Shown here: piece after piece, positions 61,725-64,000 of the stretch
Position numbering within the stretch: position 1 is the first letter of the stretch
Layout of the letters: every line of letters begins with the position of its first letter
Assembly: GCA_023391015.1 (NCBI GenBank)
Contig: JAEWBT010000047.1
Location: 8,119-72,118, forward strand
Length of the DNA: 64,000 bases
Reading direction: 5' to 3'
Source: Bacteroidota bacterium
GTDB lineage: Bacteria > Bacteroidota > Bacteroidia > Chitinophagales > Chitinophagaceae
Notes under the pieces: generated by a model
Seen by the model: the letters and a program-made list of their open reading frames with translations, nothing else
Databases searched by the model: none
Told to the model about the DNA's origin: nothing
Made by a program: the position numbers and the translations under genes

Positions 61725-63154
61725 ATGTTTGACTCCGAATTTTTCCCGACGCCCAGCGAAGTAATTGATGCGATGGGTATTGATTGTTTTGATAAAGTTG
61801 TTCTGGAGCCGAGCGCCGGTTCCGGAAATATCGTTCGCTGGCTGAATGCCAACGGCGCGAAAGAGGTGCTGGCCTGCGAAAAAAACCTGCACCTCCGCGC
61901 TATGCTCCGGGATTGCGCTTTGCTGGGCAGCGACTTTTTCGCCGTAACGGCTGAAGATGTGAGCCATGTCCGGCTAATTGTGATGAACCCGCCGTTCAGC
62001 AACGGGGCCGAACACATCCTTCACGCTTGGAAGGTTGCCCCGGAAGGCTGTGAAATCATCAGCCTTTGCAACTGGGAAACAGTAAATAAAAATTATTGGG
62101 GTCTCAACAAGCAGCTGGCGGCGGTTATTGCCGATTACGGCGAAGCGCAGCATTTGGGGGATTGTTTCCGGAAAGCCGAGCGGCAAACCGATGTAGAAGT
62201 GGGACTGGTGCGCTTGTTTAAACCGGTGGTGAGCGAAACAACCGATTTTGACGGCTTTTATCTGGATATGGATGCCCACCCCGGCGATACGGGCGTGATG
62301 CGGTACGATGAAATCCGGGCGGTAGTCCAAAACTACGTGGGGGCCGTTCGAGCATTTGACAAGGTGGCCGCTGCCGGTGAGGAGTTGGCCCGCTACACCA
62401 CTACCCAATTTGGCTCAAATCGATTCAGCTTCGGCCACGGCGTTGCCTTTCAGGCGGTGTGGGGTGATAAAGCAGGCATTACAACCAAAAAGGACTTTGC
62501 CCGCCAGATGCAAATTGCGTCCTGGCGTTTCATCTTCAACCAGGTGGGCATTGAGAAATATGTTACCACCGGGGTCTTGAAAGATGTAAACCGCTTTATT
62601 GATTCCCGGAAAAACTACCCGTTCACGGTCCGCAACGTGTACCGGATGCTGGAAATCATCGTGGGCACGCGGGAACACACCATGAACCGGGCTATTGTGG
62701 AAGCGGTGGATTATTTCACGCGCAGCACCCACGACAATCGCTACGGCGTTGAGGGCTGGAAAACCAACGAAGGACACCTGCTGAACCGCAAGTTTATTAC
62801 CGGCTGGATTGCGGAAAACAACTGGGCAATGGTCTGCGCATTCGCTCCTACTATTCGGTTTTTGAGCAGATAAAAGACCTGGTAAAGGCACTGTGCTACG
62901 TAACCGGGAAAAACATAGATACCATTCCGGACGTGAATACCTGTGGCGAAGAAGGAAAGCAGGTTTTTTACCCGAACACATGGTATGACTGGGGCTTTTT
63001 CCGGTTCAAAGTCTTCAAAAAAGGCACCGGCCATTTTGAATTTAAAAGTGAAGATGACTGGGCCATGCTGAACCGGGCCTACGCCAAGGCTAAAGGTCAG
63101 GCCCTTCCGGAAACAACGTTTCGCAAAAAATCCCGCGCTAAAAAAGCCGCCTGA
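61725..63154 (+). pseudogene. orphan N6-adenine DNA methyltransferase with C-terminal extension, interrupted by a 1-nt frameshift at the GGG run 62824-62826
   Basis: Motif I LEPSAGSGN and motif IV IVMNPPFSNG. Frame 0 stops at 62873, but the +2 frame reads through (GNGLRIRSYYSVFEQIKD...YDWGFFRFKVFKKGTGHFEF) to 63154. Confidence 0.7.
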
Positions 63155-63286
63155 TACCATGAACAGAAAATTTGCCTTTGCCCTGTTACGGCATTGGTCC
63201 CGGCTCCTGCTCGCGGTAGCCTTAATTGTCGCCTCTCTTTACCTCATCCCTTTCTGTTTCAAATTCTCTTAAAAACGCCACCAACT

Positions 63287-63673
63287 ATGCCACGTGCTTA
63301 TAAGACCCACAACAAAACTATCATTCAGCGTTCCGCTAATGGCCGGTTTCGCCAAACACTGCTTTCCGAACTGGTGGAAGGCGTAAATGAAAAGCAACAA
63401 GTATTCATCTGCAATGTATGCGGACGGGAGTTTATGCCTGTAATGCTGGAGGGTATCTGCTGCGGCGTAAACAACAAGCGCCCAAAGCCAGAGCGGATTC
63501 CATCGCCGGAAGAACAGGCGCTCCTCGTTCGCATTCAGGTCATCAGGGATAAGCCATTTATTAACCTCCAAGACCTGCACGATATTCAGAAACTGGAAAT
63601 GGAACTGTATTGGGCAAAACGCAGATCTATACAAGAAGGACCTCAAAATCCCAATGGCCCCACTCCTGAGTAA
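63287..63673 (+). CDS. hypothetical phage protein
   Basis: 128 aa from the ATG at 63287. Contains CNVCGRE...GICCG Cys pairs. Confidence 0.4.
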   Translation: MPRAYKTHNKTIIQRSANGRFRQTLLSELVEGVNEKQQVFICNVCGREFMPVMLEGICCGVNNKRPKPERIPSPEEQALLVRIQVIRDKPFINLQDLHDIQKLEMELYWAKRRSIQEGPQNPNGPTPE

Positions 63674-63929
63674 ACCCGTTTCCGCCCTTCCAGTGATGAA
63701 GGCCTGCTGTAAGACGTGTCCTTTCCAGCAAAATGCCGCCGGCCACTGGCAGAATCCGGAACTGGCAGCAGCGGTCATCAGCCACAATCTTTTTCGGAGC
63801 CAGCAGATATGCCACGGTACGGAAGGCCCGAAAAGAGAAGCCCGGAACCGCTGCAAGGGATACTTCGACTACGCATTTGAAATCTACCAGCGCATGGGGC
63901 TGGAACCCGAAAAACACCTGATAGAATGA
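63654..63929 (+). CDS. hypothetical Cys-rich phage protein
   Basis: 91-aa ORF. An alternative ATG at 63696 would avoid the overlap with the previous gene. Confidence 0.35.
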   Translation: MAPLLSKPVSALPVMKACCKTCPFQQNAAGHWQNPELAAAVISHNLFRSQQICHGTEGPKREARNRCKGYFDYAFEIYQRMGLEPEKHLIE

Positions 63930-64000
63930 AATCTACCCTCAAGCCAGTTTATGAGTACCGTTTCGGAACCTGCATTAGGGTATTTGGTAGCAGGTATTCA
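63926..64000 (+). CDS. hypothetical protein (3' end lies outside the window)
   Basis: The ATG at 63926 overlaps the previous stop (ATGA). The frame is open to the window end. Confidence 0.3.
   Translation, partial: MKSTLKPVYEYRFGTCIRVFGSRYS

Larger units (their letters stand above)
49251..64000. mobile_element. prophage, left part (lysogeny switch, recombination/replication and DNA-modification genes); continues beyond the window
   Basis: tRNA fragment at the left edge. Divergent repressor/Cro-like pair with palindromic operators. AAA_24 ATPase, PD-(D/E)XK nuclease, SF2 helicase, iteron-bearing initiator-like gene, Gp37/Gp68 (DUF5131) and an orphan MTase. Many short, tightly packed ORFs with ATGA overlaps. 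Confidence 0.7.

Noticed and set aside
1-64000. Searched by eye for CRISPR arrays, rRNA genes, IS transposases or inverted terminal repeats, and conjugation or relaxase genes.
   Set aside because: I found no regularly spaced 25-40-bp repeats with unique spacers, no rRNA-like stretches, and no DDE/transposase or relaxase/T4SS motifs in any long ORF.

Overview
This window looks like Bacteroidota-type chromosome (Arm-domain tyrosine integrase, futalosine pathway gene, DUF4468 lipoprotein; the taxon is an inference). It consists almost entirely of two mobile elements with about 2 kb of core genes between them.

(1) Island, bases 537-47306. This is a ~46.8 kb integrative island in tRNA-Pro(GGG). 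It is bounded by a 46-bp direct repeat (537-582 and 47261-47306) and has an integrase at its left end. Its cargo, in order:
- a HipB/HipS/HipT-like tripartite toxin-antitoxin set with a frameshifted kinase;
- a ~28 kb run of genes all on the minus strand: a Druantia type III-like pair, a DUF559-nuclease/RecQ-like giant protein coupled to a tail-anchored coiled-coil protein, and a type I R-M system (hsdM-hsdS ... hsdR) interrupted by an XRE/ImmA/PIN-like cassette;
- directly upstream of hsdM and translationally coupled to it, an unusual two-component module: a cytoplasmic histidine kinase fused to HARE-HTH, a degenerate N6-MTase and a TRD, plus a REC-domain protein, preceded by vWA and WYL genes. 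I rate this the best candidate for an undescribed system (Detocs-like logic with a DNA-reading sensor);
- an AT-rich cluster of three genes of unknown function;
- an RNA-repair / NAD-ADP-ribose recycling cluster: RNA ligase, HD-kinase, metallophosphoesterase, Tpt1/KptA, macro-ARH, NADAR, NAMPT-like, Prs-like and NrtR.

(2) Core genes, 47262-49211: tRNA-Pro, folE, queD, mqnB.

(3) Prophage, from 49251 to the window end. A partial prophage starts at a tRNA-His 3' fragment and carries a lysogeny switch and replication/recombination genes.

The palindromic octamer TTCCGGAA is about 10-fold denser in the core plus prophage than in the island (by-eye count). No CRISPR array, rRNA or IS transposase was seen.
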